Positions 6,510 to 20,615 of a stretch of DNA of 64,000 bases are shown here, piece by piece. The translations under genes and the position numbers were made by a program. Numbering within the stretch: the first letter of the stretch is position 1; the number at the start of each line of letters is the position of its first letter. Source of the stretch: Mytilus trossulus (Eukaryota); assembly GCF_036588685.1 (NCBI RefSeq), contig NC_086383.1, positions 71,176,001 through 71,240,000 on the forward strand, read 5' to 3'. Under the pieces are notes generated by a model. That model ran no database searches and had not been told where the DNA came from. It saw nothing but the letters and a program-made list of their open reading frames with translations.

Positions 6510-9460
6510 ACTGTTCCAGACTTCAGTCTGCAGAGGCTATTCAGCCACCAAAAGCCCTTTTAAGGGCTACCCAATTTATTCAAAAAGAATCTACAATTGT
6601 TGTACATTAGTTATCAAACTAAATCTAGCTGAGCCCTACTTTCTCTGAACTTTGCACTGGTCTCTGAAATATTTTTTTGGTCAAATTATTTCCATTGTTT
6701 GTTTTATTTCACTCCTTATGACTATACTATTTCTAACACCTAAATATGCAGCTGTTGTTTTGGATATTTTTTGTGTAGTTAGGCACCATTAAAGTTATAT
6801 CAGTGTATTTTCACGCACTTGTTAGAACTGAATAAAACTTTTTCTAATCAGTTTTCGTTAGAATGACAATCTACGAAAATAGGAAGTCATGCTAGGGTTT
6901 TATTGTGCTCTTTTTTTAGGGGGAAGGGGGTCAAAATCACACAGCTAACCTTCAACCGAAAAATCATTTTTGTCATTATATGAGTTTTTCCATTTCTCTC
7001 TTCTTCTTCGTGTTCAACTTGACTGACATTTTTAGTTGGACTTTTTCTACACGTATGCAAAGTCAAAGGTTGGCTCACTATTTCATATCAACTAGTCAAT
7101 GGGGAGGTAACTCTGAAATTAAACTCAGTACTTTTTTTTCAGTACTATATAAATAAACTGTTAAAATGTACACAATACAAAAGATGTATAACGTATCGTC
7201 AAAATCAGATTAGTAGCAAATGAATGCAGTGACGTTTGTCTGTTATATATTTATTTTTTTATTTATTATTTGTCAAAATTACTACAATAATATTGTGTAT
7301 TAAAATTTAGAAGGAAACTCTAAAGTACGGAGGTTTTTGTTCAACATTTAACAGTTCTGCAATTATTTTGTCATTTTATTACCTGCGATTTATTATGCAA
7401 ATTTCACTATTCTCTACCTTTCGAATTTCACCTTTGTTTTACTCGTGTATAAAATAAATGCACCTACTTGTTTCTATGTTTCTTTCAAATGGTTGTCCTG
7501 TGATTTTTCTCTTCTTTTTTCTCTCTGTTATTTAGTGTGTGACGACTTGACTGTATCTTTGCTATGTCTTTTTAATCTGTCGACAGCACGCGAGGTGAAT
7601 CAACCCGAAACAATACAGTGACGTCACATGTGACTACTGTGATGAACAAAAACAAGGATGGATGGACGGACAGTGGTACAAAAGTAAGAAAAAGTTATTT
7701 CTCTGATAACAGGTATCGCGTGAATTGTAGGTTCACGGTATAGGTTTTTTTCTCTCATTTTTGAAGATCATCTATACAGTTGTCTATAATTGCTTACATC
7801 CACTTCATTTGAACTATGGTGGATAGTTGTCTCATTGGCAATCATACCACATCTCCTTCCTTATTTTCATATTGAAATGACAGCACCTTAACGACACACA
7901 CAAACATAGCCTACTAGTATATACGTACATGGGAGACTGAGAAAATCTGTGCTTATTGGAAAATGATAAAAAAAAAAAAAATCTTTAAGGTATGCTATGA
8001 CTAAGCTTAAAATATAAGGTAGATAGGGAGTAGGAAGCACACATATTCTTTTTTTTATTTGGCCTTAATGAAGAAGAAAACCACACACACAGCATATTAC
8101 ATCTTGTACTAACATCCATTAAACGCTATGCTAATATGTCTTCAAAAGAGAACCCTATTATATATCCCCCCTTTTTTCTCCGGATTTTGTTTTTTTGGAA
8201 AAAGGGGGAGGGGCTGGCGGTTTAGTTCAATACAGTGGGAAAATGTTTTGCCCAAAGTCCAATGGTTCACACTGATGTGTTTTTGTCCTTCCGTCTCTTT
8301 TTAATCGTCCGTGTCACGGGATGCTGCTTCACCCGTTACCGGTTCTGGGTTCACTTGCATAGCTTATATAGGTATAATGCATATGTATAGCTAGAGTCTT
8401 CACTGTGACACACATTCCCCTTTTTGAGGGGAAATAAATGAACTTTTGTAATTGTCCATTAAGATACAAATGATATGTACCACTTTCGAATTATAAAACT
8501 ACAAAAATCTTCGTGTTTTGTTTTTGTTTTTGTTTGTATCGAAACTTTCAGGCGGCCAGGCCACTTTGAGCTCTGATCATCGGTTATTGATAATAAAATT
8601 AATTAAATATATTTTGTTGAAAAATATGGTATATTCTATAAGACATATTCGAGTTTTTGACTTGAAAGTGCGCAAATTGTACATGAAAATGGAAATAAAA
8701 GCGAATGTGCATCATACAGAACAGTTGTTCAGTGCCTGAGATCCACTGAAAACAAAGTCGCTCTCTGAAAAGTTCCCAACGCTAAATTAAATAAAAAGAT
8801 GTTTCAAATTCGTATTCTAGATATTGGGTTTGTTCATTCGAATCTTGAATGTTTGCGAAATTTCGCTCGGGTTGAATAAAAATGTTATTTGAAGTTTTAG
8901 TAAAAATCTGCAATTAAACAATGGCGCGTGAACTTTTTGTGTGTTTCCCTCTAGCTGGAAACAAACTTATTACGAGGAGGAACATGCTTCCAGTGAATAA
9001 AAACGGAAAGAAACCTAGAGAGAAATGATTTTTCTTCCGCTGTACAATTTTACGACGATAGAATATTTGTGTAATGAGAAAAACTCGTAAATTTTCTGTC
9101 AACATACCTGCGAAGACAATTCAGTCGGTTCTACTTTAACTATTAATATCTTTTTACTGTGTACATCGAAAAATACACAGTTTATCTAACATGCAAGATT
9201 AATGACTGTTGAGCAATTTGGTATGCTATATGTGAATGTTTTTGATAGAATTATACTATAAATTATCATAAAAGTCTTCGAAGAAGCACATAATCATTTT
9301 ACCGAGATCGCGTAATGGATTTTACAAGTTATTTTTAAGGGTGTCTTCGTCGAGGTCCGCGTTCGTCTGTTATAAATAAACGAGGCCTGGAATGGCGTTA
9401 TTTTCAAATCGTTATTCGTAGTATAAACTTCGTAAAGGATAATATTTTGAATCATTCAAA

Positions 9461-10036
9461 ATGGCAGACGCAACAGCAGCACCAGCAGTAGCACCAGCTA
9501 AATCACCAAAGAAAAAGGCAGCAGCCAAGCCAAAGAAGCCTTCCGCACATCCTAAATACAGCGAGATGATTGGAAAAGCCATCGCCGCTTTGAAAGAACG
9601 TGGAGGTTCCTCAAGGCAAGCAATTCTGAAGTACATCATGGCCAACTTCAACGTCGGAAAAGATGCCAAGTCAGTAAATGCTCATTTAAAACTTGCACTC
9701 AGAGCCGGAGTTAAGAACAACAGTTTGAAGCAGTCCAAGGGAACTGGAGCATCCGGCTCTTTCAGAATTGGAGAGGCTAAAGTGGTTAAAAAGAAGCCAG
9801 CAAAGGCAAAAAAAGCAGCCAAACCTAAGGCCGCCAAGCCTAAGAAGGCAAAGACCACACCCAAGAAAAAGAAGCCAGCAGCAAAGAAACCAGCTGGAGA
9901 GAAAAAGGCGGCCAAACCAAAAGCAAAAAAACCAGCAGCAAAGAAAGCAGCCAAGCCAAAGAAGCCAGCAGCCAAGTCACCAGCCAAAAAGAAGGCAGCC
10001 AAACCAAAAGCCAAGAAGACACCAAAGAAGAAGTAA
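9461..10036 (+). CDS. H1: Histone H1, copy 4
   Basis: 191-aa ORF identical to copy 2. Confidence 0.99.
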   Translation: MADATAAPAVAPAKSPKKKAAAKPKKPSAHPKYSEMIGKAIAALKERGGSSRQAILKYIMANFNVGKDAKSVNAHLKLALRAGVKNNSLKQSKGTGASGSFRIGEAKVVKKKPAKAKKAAKPKAAKPKKAKTTPKKKKPAAKKPAGEKKAAKPKAKKPAAKKAAKPKKPAAKSPAKKKAAKPKAKKTPKKK

Positions 10037-12986
10037 ACTGTTCCAGACTTCAGTCTGCAGAGGCTATTCAGCCACCAAAAGCCCTTTTAAGGGCTACCCA
10101 ATTTATTCAAAAAGAATCTACAATTGTTGTACATTAGTTATCAAACTAAATCTAGCTGAGCCCTACTTTCTCTGAACTTTGCACTGGTCTCTGAAATATT
10201 TTTTTGGTCAAATTATTTCCATTGTTTGTTTTATTTCACTCCTTATGACTATACTATTTCTAACACCTAAATATGCAGCTGTTGTTTTGGATATTTTTTG
10301 TGTAGTTAGGCACCATTAAAGTTATATCAGTGTATTTTCACGCACTTGTTAGAACTGAATAAAACTTTTTCTAATCAGTTTTCGTTAGAATGACAATCTA
10401 CGAAAATAGGAAGTCATGCTAGGGTTTTATTGTGCTCTTTTTTTAGGGGGAAGGGGGTCAAAATCACACAGCTAACCTTCAACCGAAAAATCATTTTTGT
10501 CATTATATGAGTTTTTCCATTTCTCTCTTCTTCTTCGTGTTCAACTTGACTGACATTTTTAGTTGGACTTTTTCTACACGTATGCAAAGTCAAAGGTTGG
10601 CTCACTATTTCATATCAACTAGTCAATGGGGAGGTAACTCTGAAATTAAACTCAGTACTTTTTTTCAGTACTATATAAATAAACTGTTAAAATGTACACA
10701 ATACAAAAGATGTATAACGTATCGTCAAAATCAGATTAGTAGCAAATGAATGCAGTGACGTTTGTCTGTTATATATTTATTTTTTTATTTATTATTTGTC
10801 AAAATTACTACAATAATATTGTGTATTAAAATTTAGAAGGAAACTCTAAAGTACGGAGGTTTTTGTTCAACATTTAACAGTTCTGCAATTATTTTGTCAT
10901 TTTATTACCTGCGATTTATTATGCAAATTTCACTATTCTCTACCTTTCGAATTTCACCTTTGTTTTACTCGTGTATAAAATAAATGCACCTACTTGTTTC
11001 TATGTTTCTTTCAAATGGTTGTCCTGTGATTTTTCTCTTCTTTTTTCTCTCTGTTATTTAGTGTGTGACGACTTGACTGTATCTTTGCTATGTCTTTTTA
11101 ATCTGTCGACAGCACGCGAGGTGAATCAACCCGAAACAATACAGTGACGTCACATGTGACTACTGTGATGAACAAAAACAAGGATGGATGGACGGACAGT
11201 GGTACAAAAGTAAGAAAAAGTTATTTCTCTGATAACAGGTATCGCGTGAATTGTAGGTTCACGGTATAGGTTTTTTTCTCTCATTTTTGAAGATCATCTA
11301 TACAGTTGTCTATAATTGCTTACATCCACTTCATTTGAACTATGGTGGATAGTTGTCTCATTGGCAATCATACCACATCTCCTTCCTTATTTTCATATTG
11401 AAATGACAGCACCTTAACGACACACACAAACATAGCCTACTAGTATATACGTACATGGGAGACTGAGAAAATCTGTGCTTATTGGAAAATGATAAAAAAA
11501 AAAAAAATCTTTAAGGTATGCTATGACTAAGCTTAAAATATAAGGTAGATAGGGAGTAGGAAGCACACATATTCTTTTTTTTATTTGGCCTTAATGAAGA
11601 AGAAAACCACACACACAGCATATTACATCTTGTACTAACATCCATTAAACGCTATGCTAATATGTCTTCAAAAGAGAACCCTATTATATATCCCCCCTTT
11701 TTTCTCCGGATTTTGTTTTTTTGGAAAAAGGGGGAGGGGCTGGCGGTTTAGTTCAATACAGTGGGAAAATGTTTTGCCCAAAGTCCAATGGTTCACACTG
11801 ATGTGTTTTTGTCCTTCCGTCTCTTTTTAATCGTCCGTGTCACGGGATGCTGCTTCACCCGTTACCGGTTCTGGGTTCACTTGCATAGCTTATATAGGTA
11901 TAATGCATATGTATAGCTAGAGTCTTCACTGTGACACACATTCCCCTTTTTGAGGGGAAATAAATGAACTTTTGTAATTGTCCATTAAGATACAAATGAT
12001 ATGTACCACTTTCGAATTATAAAACTACAAAAATCTTCGTGTTTTGTTTTTGTTTTTGTTTGTATCGAAACTTTCAGGCGGCCAGGCCACTTTGAGCTCT
12101 GATCATCGGTTATTGATAATAAAATTAATTAAATATATTTTGTTGAAAAATATGGTATATTCTATAAGACATATTCGAGTTTTTGACTTGAAAGTGCGCA
12201 AATTGTACATGAAAATGGAAATAAAAGCGAATGTGCATCATACAGAACAGTTGTTCAGTGCCTGAGATCCACTGAAAACAAAGTCGCTCTCTGAAAAGTT
12301 CCCAACGCTAAATTAAATAAAAAGATGTTTCAAATTCGTATTCTAGATATTGGGTTTGTTCATTCGAATCTTGAATGTTTGCGAAATTTCGCTCGGGTTG
12401 AATAAAAATGTTATTTGAAGTTTTAGTAAAAATCTGCAATTAAACAATGGCGCGTGAACTTTTTGTGTGTTTCCCTCTAGCTGGAAACAAACTTATTACG
12501 AGGAGGAACATGCTTCCAGTGAATAAAAACGGAAAGAAACCTAGAGAGAAATGATTTTTCTTCCGCTGTACAATTTTACGACGATAGAATATTTGTGTAA
12601 TGAGAAAAACTCGTAAATTTTCTGTCAACATACCTGCGAAGACAATTCAGTCGGTTCTACTTTAACTATTAATATCTTTTTACTGTGTACATCGAAAAAT
12701 ACACAGTTTATCTAACATGCAAGATTAATGACTGTTGAGCAATTTGGTATGCTATATGTGAATGTTTTTGATAGAATTATACTATAAATTATCATAAAAG
12801 TCTTCGAAGAAGCACATAATCATTTTACCGAGATCGCGTAATGGATTTTACAAGTTATTTTTAAGGGTGTCTTCGTCGAGGTCCGCGTTCGTCTGTTATA
12901 AATAAACGAGGCCTGGAATGGCGTTATTTTCAAATCGTTATTCGTAGTATAAACTTCGTAAAGGATAATATTTTGAATCATTCAAA

Positions 12987-13562
12987 ATGGCAGACGCAAC
13001 AGCAGCACCAGCAGTAGCACCAGCTAAATCACCAAAGAAAAAGGCAGCAGCCAAGCCAAAGAAGCCTTCCGCACATCCTAAATACAGCGAGATGATTGGA
13101 AAAGCCATCGCCGCTTTGAAAGAACGTGGAGGTTCCTCAAGGCAAGCAATTCTGAAGTACATCATGGCCAACTTCAACGTCGGAAAAGATGCCAAGTCAG
13201 TAAATGCTCATTTAAAACTTGCACTCAGAGCCGGAGTTAAGAACAACAGTTTGAAGCAGTCCAAGGGAACTGGAGCATCCGGCTCTTTCAGAATTGGAGA
13301 GGCTAAAGTGGTTAAAAAGAAGCCAGCAAAGGCAAAAAAAGCAGCCAAACCTAAGGCCGCCAAGCCTAAGAAGGCAAAGACCACACCCAAGAAAAAGAAG
13401 CCAGCAGCAAAGAAACCAGCTGGAGAGAAAAAGGCGGCCAAACCAAAAGCAAAAAAACCAGCAGCAAAGAAAGCAGCCAAGCCAAAGAAGCCAGCAGCCA
13501 AGTCACCAGCCAAAAAGAAGGCAGCCAAACCAAAAGCCAAGAAGACACCAAAGAAGAAGTAA
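12987..13562 (+). CDS. H1: Histone H1, copy 5
   Basis: 191-aa ORF identical to copy 2. Confidence 0.99.
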   Translation: MADATAAPAVAPAKSPKKKAAAKPKKPSAHPKYSEMIGKAIAALKERGGSSRQAILKYIMANFNVGKDAKSVNAHLKLALRAGVKNNSLKQSKGTGASGSFRIGEAKVVKKKPAKAKKAAKPKAAKPKKAKTTPKKKKPAAKKPAGEKKAAKPKAKKPAAKKAAKPKKPAAKSPAKKKAAKPKAKKTPKKK

Positions 13563-16513
13563 ACTGTTCCAGACTTCAGTCTGCAGAGGCTATTCAGCCA
13601 CCAAAAGCCCTTTTAAGGGCTACCCAATTTATTCAAAAAGAATCTACAATTGTTGTACATTAGTTATCAAACTAAATCTAGCTGAGCCCTACTTTCTCTG
13701 AACTTTGCACTGGTCTCTGAAATATTTTTTTGGTCAAATTATTTCCATTGTTTGTTTTATTTCACTCCTTATGACTATACTATTTCTAACACCTAAATAT
13801 GCAGCTGTTGTTTTGGATATTTTTTGTGTAGTTAGGCACCATTAAAGTTATATCAGTGTATTTTCACGCACTTGTTAGAACTGAATAAAACTTTTTCTAA
13901 TCAGTTTTCGTTAGAATGACAATCTACGAAAATAGGAAGTCATGCTAGGGTTTTATTGTGCTCTTTTTTTAGGGGGAAGGGGGTCAAAATCACACAGCTA
14001 ACCTTCAACCGAAAAATCATTTTTGTCATTATATGAGTTTTTCCATTTCTCTCTTCTTCTTCGTGTTCAACTTGACTGACATTTTTAGTTGGACTTTTTC
14101 TACACGTATGCAAAGTCAAAGGTTGGCTCACTATTTCATATCAACTAGTCAATGGGGAGGTAACTCTGAAATTAAACTCAGTACTTTTTTTCAGTACTAT
14201 ATAAATAAACTGTTAAAATGTACACAATACAAAAGATGTATAACGTATCGTCAAAATCAGATTAGTAGCAAATGAATGCAGTGACGTTTGTCTGTTATAT
14301 ATTTATTTTTTTATTTATTATTTGTCAAAATTACTACAATAATATTGTGTATTAAAATTTAGAAGGAAACTCTAAAGTACGGAGGTTTTTGTTCAACATT
14401 TAACAGTTCTGCAATTATTTTGTCATTTTATTACCTGCGATTTATTATGCAAATTTCACTATTCTCTACCTTTCGAATTTCACCTTTGTTTTACTCGTGT
14501 ATAAAATAAATGCACCTACTTGTTTCTATGTTTCTTTCAAATGGTTGTCCTGTGATTTTTCTCTTCTTTTTTCTCTCTGTTATTTAGTGTGTGACGACTT
14601 GACTGTATCTTTGCTATGTCTTTTTAATCTGTCGACAGCACGCGAGGTGAATCAACCCGAAACAATACAGTGACGTCACATGTGACTACTGTGATGAACA
14701 AAAACAAGGATGGATGGACGGACAGTGGTACAAAAGTAAGAAAAAGTTATTTCTCTGATAACAGGTATCGCGTGAATTGTAGGTTCACGGTATAGGTTTT
14801 TTTCTCTCATTTTTGAAGATCATCTATACAGTTGTCTATAATTGCTTACATCCACTTCATTTGAACTATGGTGGATAGTTGTCTCATTGGCAATCATACC
14901 ACATCTCCTTCCTTATTTTCATATTGAAATGACAGCACCTTAACGACACACACAAACATAGCCTACTAGTATATACGTACATGGGAGACTGAGAAAATCT
15001 GTGCTTATTGGAAAATGATAAAAAAAAAAAAAATCTTTAAGGTATGCTATGACTAAGCTTAAAATATAAGGTAGATAGGGAGTAGGAAGCACACATATTC
15101 TTTTTTTTATTTGGCCTTAATGAAGAAGAAAACCACACACACAGCATATTACATCTTGTACTAACATCCATTAAACGCTATGCTAATATGTCTTCAAAAG
15201 AGAACCCTATTATATATCCCCCCTTTTTCTCTCCGGATTTTGTTTTTTTGGAAAAAGGGGGAGGGGCTGGCGGTTTAGTTCAATACAGTGGGAAAATGTT
15301 TTGCCCAAAGTCCAATGGTTCACACTGATGTGTTTTTGTCCTTCCGTCTCTTTTTAATCGTCCGTGTCACGGGATGCTGCTTCACCCGTTACCGGTTCTG
15401 GGTTCACTTGCATAGCTTATATAGGTATAATGCATATGTATAGCTAGAGTCTTCACTGTGACACACATTCCCCTTTTTGAGGGGAAATAAATGAACTTTT
15501 GTAATTGTCCATTAAGATACAAATGATATGTACCACTTTCGAATTATAAAACTACAAAAATCTTCGTGTTTTGTTTTTGTTTTTGTTTGTATCGAAACTT
15601 TCAGGCGGCCAGGCCACTTTGAGCTCTGATCATCGGTTATTGATAATAAAATTAATTAAATATATTTTGTTGAAAAATATGGTATATTCTATAAGACATA
15701 TTCGAGTTTTTGACTTGAAAGTGCGCAAATTGTACATGAAAATGGAAATAAAAGCGAATGTGCATCATACAGAACAGTTGTTCAGTGCCTGAGATCCACT
15801 GAAAACAAAGTCGCTCTCTGAAAAGTTCCCAACGCTAAATTAAATAAAAAGATGTTTCAAATTCGTATTCTAGATATTGGGTTTGTTCATTCGAATCTTG
15901 AATGTTTGCGAAATTTCGCTCGGGTTGAATAAAAATGTTATTTGAAGTTTTAGTAAAAATCTGCAATTAAACAATGGCGCGTGAACTTTTTGTGTGTTTC
16001 CCTCTAGCTGGAAACAAACTTATTACGAGGAGGAACATGCTTCCAGTGAATAAAAACGGAAAGAAACCTAGAGAGAAATGATTTTTCTTCCGCTGTACAA
16101 TTTTACGACGATAGAATATTTGTGTAATGAGAAAAACTCGTAAATTTTCTGTCAACATACCTGCGAAGACAATTCAGTCGGTTCTACTTTAACTATTAAT
16201 ATCTTTTTACTGTGTACATCGAAAAATACACAGTTTATCTAACATGCAAGATTAATGACTGTTGAGCAATTTGGTATGCTATATGTGAATGTTTTTGATA
16301 GAATTATACTATAAATTATCATAAAAGTCTTCGAAGAAGCACATAATCATTTTACCGAGATCGCGTAATGGATTTTACAAGTTATTTTTAAGGGTGTCTT
16401 CGTCGAGGTCCGCGTTCGTCTGTTATAAATAAACGAGGCCTGGAATGGCGTTATTTTCAAATCGTTATTCGTAGTATAAACTTCGTAAAGGATAATATTT
16501 TGAATCATTCAAA

Positions 16514-17089
16514 ATGGCAGACGCAACAGCAGCACCAGCAGTAGCACCAGCTAAATCACCAAAGAAAAAGGCAGCAGCCAAGCCAAAGAAGCCTTCCGCA
16601 CATCCTAAATACAGCGAGATGATTGGAAAAGCCATCGCCGCTTTGAAAGAACGTGGAGGTTCCTCAAGGCAAGCAATTCTGAAGTACATCATGGCCAACT
16701 TCAACGTCGGAAAAGATGCCAAGTCAGTAAATGCTCATTTAAAACTTGCACTCAGAGCCGGAGTTAAGAACAACAGTTTGAAGCAGTCCAAGGGAACTGG
16801 AGCATCCGGCTCTTTCAGAATTGGAGAGGCTAAAGTGGTTAAAAAGAAGCCAGCAAAGGCAAAAAAAGCAGCCAAACCTAAGGCCGCCAAGCCTAAGAAG
16901 GCAAAGACCACACCCAAGAAAAAGAAGCCAGCAGCAAAGAAACCAGCTGGAGAGAAAAAGGCGGCCAAACCAAAAGCAAAAAAACCAGCAGCAAAGAAAG
17001 CAGCCAAGCCAAAGAAGCCAGCAGCCAAGTCACCAGCCAAAAAGAAGGCAGCCAAACCAAAAGCCAAGAAGACACCAAAGAAGAAGTAA
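16514..17089 (+). CDS. H1: Histone H1, copy 6
   Basis: 191-aa ORF identical to copy 2. Confidence 0.99.
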   Translation: MADATAAPAVAPAKSPKKKAAAKPKKPSAHPKYSEMIGKAIAALKERGGSSRQAILKYIMANFNVGKDAKSVNAHLKLALRAGVKNNSLKQSKGTGASGSFRIGEAKVVKKKPAKAKKAAKPKAAKPKKAKTTPKKKKPAAKKPAGEKKAAKPKAKKPAAKKAAKPKKPAAKSPAKKKAAKPKAKKTPKKK

Positions 17090-20039
17090 ACTGTTCCAGA
17101 CTTCAGTCTGCAGAGGCTATTCAGCCACCAAAAGCCCTTTTAAGGGCTACCCAATTTATTCAAAAAGAATCTACAATTGTTGTACATTAGTTATCAAACT
17201 AAATCTAGCTGAGCCCTACTTTCTCTGAACTTTGCACTGGTCTCTGAAATATTTTTTTGGTCAAATTATTTCCATTGTTTGTTTTATTTCACTCCTTATG
17301 ACTATACTATTTCTAACACCTAAATATGCAGCTGTTGTTTTGGATATTTTTTGTGTAGTTAGGCACCATTAAAGTTATATCAGTGTATTTTCACGCACTT
17401 GTTAGAACTGAATAAAACTTTTTCTAATCAGTTTTCGTTAGAATGACAATCTACGAAAATAGGAAGTCATGCTAGGGTTTTATTGTGCTCTTTTTTTAGG
17501 GGGAAGGGGGTCAAAATCACACAGCTAACCTTCAACCGAAAAATCATTTTTGTCATTATATGAGTTTTTCCATTTCTCTCTTCTTCTTCGTGTTCAACTT
17601 GACTGACATTTTTAGTTGGACTTTTTCTACACGTATGCAAAGTCAAAGGTTGGCTCACTATTTCATATCAACTAGTCAATGGGGAGGTAACTCTGAAATT
17701 AAACTCAGTACTTTTTTTCAGTACTATATAAATAAACTGTTAAAATGTACACAATACAAAAGATGTATAACGTATCGTCAAAATCAGATTAGTAGCAAAT
17801 GAATGCAGTGACGTTTGTCTGTTATATATTTATTTTTTTATTTATTATTTGTCAAAATTACTACAATAATATTGTGTATTAAAATTTAGAAGGAAACTCT
17901 AAAGTACGGAGGTTTTTGTTCAACATTTAACAGTTCTGCAATTATTTTGTCATTTTATTACCTGCGATTTATTATGCAAATTTCACTATTCTCTACCTTT
18001 CGAATTTCACCTTTGTTTTACTCGTGTATAAAATAAATGCACCTACTTGTTTCTATGTTTCTTTCAAATGGTTGTCCTGTGATTTTTCTCTTCTTTTTTC
18101 TCTCTGTTATTTAGTGTGTGACGACTTGACTGTATCTTTGCTATGTCTTTTTAATCTGTCGACAGCACGCGAGGTGAATCAACCCGAAACAATACAGTGA
18201 CGTCACATGTGACTACTGTGATGAACAAAAACAAGGATGGATGGACGGACAGTGGTACAAAAGTAAGAAAAAGTTATTTCTCTGATAACAGGTATCGCGT
18301 GAATTGTAGGTTCACGGTATAGGTTTTTTTCTCTCATTTTTGAAGATCATCTATACAGTTGTCTATAATTGCTTACATCCACTTCATTTGAACTATGGTG
18401 GATAGTTGTCTCATTGGCAATCATACCACATCTCCTTCCTTATTTTCATATTGAAATGACAGCACCTTAACGACACACACAAACATAGCCTACTAGTATA
18501 TACGTACATGGGAGACTGAGAAAATCTGTGCTTATTGGAAAATGATAAAAAAAAAAAAAATCTTTAAGGTATGCTATGACTAAGCTTAAAATATAAGGTA
18601 GATAGGGAGTAGGAAGCACACATATTCTTTTTTTTATTTGGCCTTAATGAAGAAGAAAACCACACACACAGCATATTACATCTTGTACTAACATCCATTA
18701 AACGCTATGCTAATATGTCTTCAAAAGAGAACCCTATTATATATCCCCCCTTTTTTCTCCGGATTTTGTTTTTTTTGGAAAAAGGGGGAGGGGCTGGCGG
18801 TTTAGTTCAATACAGTGGGAAAATGTTTTGCCCAAAGTCCAATGGTTCACACTGATGTGTTTTTGTCCTTCCGTCTCTTTTTAATCGTCCGTGTCACGGG
18901 ATGCTGCTTCACCCGTTACCGGTTCTGGGTTCACTTGCATAGCTTATATAGGTATAATGCATATGTATAGCTAGAGTCTTCACTGTGACACACATTCCCC
19001 TTTTTGAGGGGAAATAAATGAACTTTTGTAATTGTCCATTAAGATACAATGATATGTACCACTTTCGAATTATAAAACTACAAAAATCTTCGTGTTTTGT
19101 TTTTGTTTTTGTTTGTATCGAAACTTTCAGGCGGCCAGGCCACTTTGAGCTCTGATCATCGGTTATTGATAATAAAATTAATTAAATATATTTTGTTGAA
19201 AAATATGGTATATTCTATAAGACATATTCGAGTTTTTGACTTGAAAGTGCGCAAATTGTACATGAAAATGGAAATAAAAGCGAATGTGCATCATACAGAA
19301 CAGTTGTTCAGTGCCTGAGATCCACTGAAAACAAAGTCGCTCTCTGAAAAGTTCCCAACGCTAAATTAAATAAAAAGATGTTTCAAATTCGTATTCTAGA
19401 TATTGGGTTTGTTCATTCGAATCTTGAATGTTTGCGAAATTTCGCTCGGGTTGAATAAAAATGTTATTTGAAGTTTTAGTAAAAATCTGCAATTAAACAA
19501 TGGCGCGTGAACTTTTTGTGTGTTTCCCTCTAGCTGGAAACAAACTTATTACGAGGAGGAACATGCTTCCAGTGAATAAAAACGGAAAGAAACCTAGAGA
19601 GAAATGATTTTTCTTCCGCTGTACAATTTTACGACGATAGAATATTTGTGTAATGAGAAAAACTCGTAAATTTTCTGTCAACATACCTGCGAAGACAATT
19701 CAGTCGGTTCTACTTTAACTATTAATATCTTTTTACTGTGTACATCGAAAAATACACAGTTTATCTAACATGCAAGATTAATGACTGTTGAGCAATTTGG
19801 TATGCTATATGTGAATGTTTTTGATAGAATTATACTATAAATTATCATAAAAGTCTTCGAAGAAGCACATAATCATTTTACCGAGATCGCGTAATGGATT
19901 TTACAAGTTATTTTTAAGGGTGTCTTCGTCGAGGTCCGCGTTCGTCTGTTATAAATAAACGAGGCCTGGAATGGCGTTATTTTCAAATCGTTATTCGTAG
20001 TATAAACTTCGTAAAGGATAATATTTTGAATCATTCAAA

Positions 20040-20615
20040 ATGGCAGACGCAACAGCAGCACCAGCAGTAGCACCAGCTAAATCACCAAAGAAAAAGGCAG
20101 CAGCCAAGCCAAAGAAGCCTTCCGCACATCCTAAATACAGCGAGATGATTGGAAAAGCCATCGCCGCTTTGAAAGAACGTGGAGGTTCCTCAAGGCAAGC
20201 AATTCTGAAGTACATCATGGCCAACTTCAACGTCGGAAAAGATGCCAAGTCAGTAAATGCTCATTTAAAACTTGCACTCAGAGCCGGAGTTAAGAACAAC
20301 AGTTTGAAGCAGTCCAAGGGAACTGGAGCATCCGGCTCTTTCAGAATTGGAGAGGCTAAAGTGGTTAAAAAGAAGCCAGCAAAGGCAAAAAAAGCAGCCA
20401 AACCTAAGGCCGCCAAGCCTAAGAAGGCAAAGACCACACCCAAGAAAAAGAAGCCAGCAGCAAAGAAACCAGCTGGAGAGAAAAAGGCGGCCAAACCAAA
20501 AGCAAAAAAACCAGCAGCAAAGAAAGCAGCCAAGCCAAAGAAGCCAGCAGCCAAGTCACCAGCCAAAAAGAAGGCAGCCAAACCAAAAGCCAAGAAGACA
20601 CCAAAGAAGAAGTAA
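20040..20615 (+). CDS. H1: Histone H1, copy 7
   Basis: 191-aa ORF identical to copy 2. Confidence 0.99.
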   Translation: MADATAAPAVAPAKSPKKKAAAKPKKPSAHPKYSEMIGKAIAALKERGGSSRQAILKYIMANFNVGKDAKSVNAHLKLALRAGVKNNSLKQSKGTGASGSFRIGEAKVVKKKPAKAKKAAKPKAAKPKKAKTTPKKKKPAAKKPAGEKKAAKPKAKKPAAKKAAKPKKPAAKSPAKKKAAKPKAKKTPKKK